A program made the position numbers and the translations under genes. Positions 46,218-47,827 of a stretch of DNA of 47,827 bases are shown here, piece after piece; the first letter of the stretch is position 1, and the number at the start of each line of letters is the position of its first letter. The stretch comes from an uncultured bacterium. GTDB taxonomy: Bacteria; Desulfobacterota_D; UBA1144; Nemesobacterales; UBA2774. The stretch covers positions 1 to 47,827 of the forward strand of contig CBDUCG010000001.1 of the NCBI GenBank assembly GCA_965365595.1, written 5' to 3'. The notes below the pieces were generated by a model. The model did no database searches, was not told the origin of the DNA, and saw nothing but the letters and a program-made list of their open reading frames with translations.

Positions 46218-47251
46218 TATATATAGTCTCCGATTAATAGTTCCGCAATTTGTACGGCATTTAATGCGGCTCCTTTTCTTAGTTGGTCGCCTACTACCCA
46301 AAAGCTAAGACCGTTAGGCACAGTATAGTCTTCCCTAATTCTTCCGACTATACAATCATCCTTTCCTGCAACATCAATCGGCATTGGATATTTCAATTCG
46401 GAAGGCTCGTCAAGAACTTTTACTCCCGGAAAGTTGCTCAAAGCTTCCCTGGCTTCTTCTGCCGAGATTTTCCTTTCGGTTTCTATATTTACCGAAACGG
46501 AATGAGCTCGGAAGACAGGTACTCTGACGGTTGTAGCAGTAAGGGCCATATCATTATCGCCCAGTATCTTACGGGTTTCGTTATGAAGCTTCATTTCTTC
46601 TTTTGTGTAGCCGTTATCAGTAAAGCTGTCGATTTGCGGCAAGAGATTAAAAGCAATCTGATGGGGGAAAGTTGCAGAGTGAATTTCTTCAGAGTTTGCC
46701 CATGCAAGGGTTTGCTTGCGGAGCTCTTCAATGGCTTGCGCACCGGCTCCAGAAACGGCCTGATAACTTGAGGCGATTACGCGTTTGATTTTCCCTAAAT
46801 CGTGAAGCGGTTTTAAAGCCATTACTGTTACGGCAGTTGTACAGTTTGGGTTTGCTACTATTCCTTTTTTCTTGTATCCAGCTAATGCCTGAGGATTAAT
46901 TTCAGGAATAACCAAAGGAACGTCTTCGTCCATTCTGAACGCGGAGCTGTTATCCACAACGATAGCGCCGGCTCGGACCGCTATTGGAGCGAATTCTTTG
47001 CTCCTTGAGCCACCCGCTGAAAATAGCGCTATATCTATATCTTTGAAAGAGTCAGCATCCAGCTCCTGAACTGTGATTTTTTTGTTGTTGTATTCAAGTT
47101 CTTTACCCGCAGACCTGTTTGACGCCAGAAGCCTTAACTCGTTGATGGGAAATTTCCTCTCAATAAGAATATCCATCATTTCTTGGCCAACTGCGCCTGT
47201 TGCGCCCGCTATAGCAATATTGTAACTTTCTTTCTTCATCAAAATCTCCAA
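46217..47251 (-). CDS. asd: Aspartate-semialdehyde dehydrogenase
   Basis: It has GATGAVGQ (NAD(P) binding), the active-site NPNCTT, and SYQAVSGAG. Confidence 0.95.
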   Translation of the reverse strand: MEILMKKESYNIAIAGATGAVGQEMMDILIERKFPINELRLLASNRSAGKELEYNNKKITVQELDADSFKDIDIALFSAGGSRSKEFAPIAVRAGAIVVDNSSAFRMDEDVPLVIPEINPQALAGYKKKGIVANPNCTTAVTVMALKPLHDLGKIKRVIASSYQAVSGAGAQAIEELRKQTLAWANSEEIHSATFPHQIAFNLLPQIDSFTDNGYTKEEMKLHNETRKILGDNDMALTATTVRVPVFRAHSVSVNIETERKISAEEAREALSNFPGVKVLDEPSELKYPMPIDVAGKDDCIVGRIREDYTVPNGLSFWVVGDQLRKGAALNAVQIAELLIGDYI

Positions 47252-47279
47252 ATCAATTTATCAAATTTATTCTACTTTT

Positions 47280-47723
47280 TTACTGTGAATATTTGCGTTC
47301 TATCTCGTGTACTTTCTCAATATTAACCTTCTCTTCATCTTCAACCGATGCATTGAACCAGGCATCAAGAATCTCTTTTGCAACCATCAAGGAAGTTGCT
47401 CTGAGGCTCATTGTGAGAATATTCGCATCGTTCCACTTTCTCGCACCTTCGGCTGTTTGTGCGTCAGTACATAGTGCGGCCCTTATTCCGGGAACCTTGT
47501 TTGCAGCTATAGTTACACCTGTTCCTGTCCAGCAAAAGAGTATACCCTGCTCGCAAGCCCCGTCTTTCACCCTTTCTGCAACTTTGTGTGCAACTTCAGT
47601 CCATTGGATGTCTTCATCATTTAAAGGACCGTGCAATTCTACCTCAAGACCTCTGTTTGATAGCTCATCTAATACAAAGTCGGTTAGGTGATTTTTTTCA
47701 TCACTGCCTACGGCAATTTTCAT
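47280..47723 (-). CDS. rpiB: Ribose-5-phosphate isomerase B (RpiB/LacAB family)
   Basis: It is 147 aa. It has MKIAVGSDE, the CWTGTGVTIAANK motif with the catalytic Cys, and a conserved Arg region. Confidence 0.9.
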   Translation of the reverse strand: MKIAVGSDEKNHLTDFVLDELSNRGLEVELHGPLNDEDIQWTEVAHKVAERVKDGACEQGILFCWTGTGVTIAANKVPGIRAALCTDAQTAEGARKWNDANILTMSLRATSLMVAKEILDAWFNASVEDEEKVNIEKVHEIERKYSQ

Positions 47724-47827
47724 TTTTCAGTCTCTGTGAATCAACTTTTGAACTAGTTTAATTAAGTTGTGCGGATGCATCAAGTTGAGGATGTTAACAA
47801 CTCTGCAATTTGTTTAGAGTATTACTT

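Overview
This is a chromosomal, AT-rich (roughly 40% GC by eye) bacterial window, densely packed with about 50 genes. Most are housekeeping genes. Taxonomy cannot be assigned without a search; the gene content fits an uncultured, probably marine, respiratory bacterium.

**Gene content**
- Nitrogen uptake: amt with a sigma-54 promoter, followed by a porin.
- RNA genes: tRNA-Phe, tRNA-Ser and tRNA-Gly.
- Core functions: rnr, gyrA, proB, mltG, mtgA, bioD, rnhB, dapA, asd and rpiB.
- Stress genes: a copper/peroxide cluster of RHH, copA, cupredoxin, tpx, DUF59 and bcp.
- Respiration: a complete Alternative Complex III operon (actABCDEF) plus an untracked 47-codon ORF coupled to its end.
- No CRISPR array, integrase, transposase or prophage was seen.

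**Observations most worth follow-up**
1. A stand-alone RavA-like MoxR AAA+ / VWA (MIDAS) gene pair at 22992-25126, near the centre of the window. An A11 tract separates the two ORFs. One extra A would fuse them in frame through an acidic, Pro-rich linker, giving a BchD-like architecture.
2. A DinG/XPD-type Fe-S helicase with an N-terminal RadC-type JAB (JAMM) domain.
3. An overlapping three-gene operon of an XRE regulator, a kinase-less sensor-like membrane protein and a lipoprotein, next to tRNA-Phe. It is followed by an orphan pilM and a Cys-rich protein.
4. A secreted subtilase-like protease with a Gly/Cys-TM-basic C-terminal sorting signal.

All functional calls come from motif recognition by eye. 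No database searches were run.
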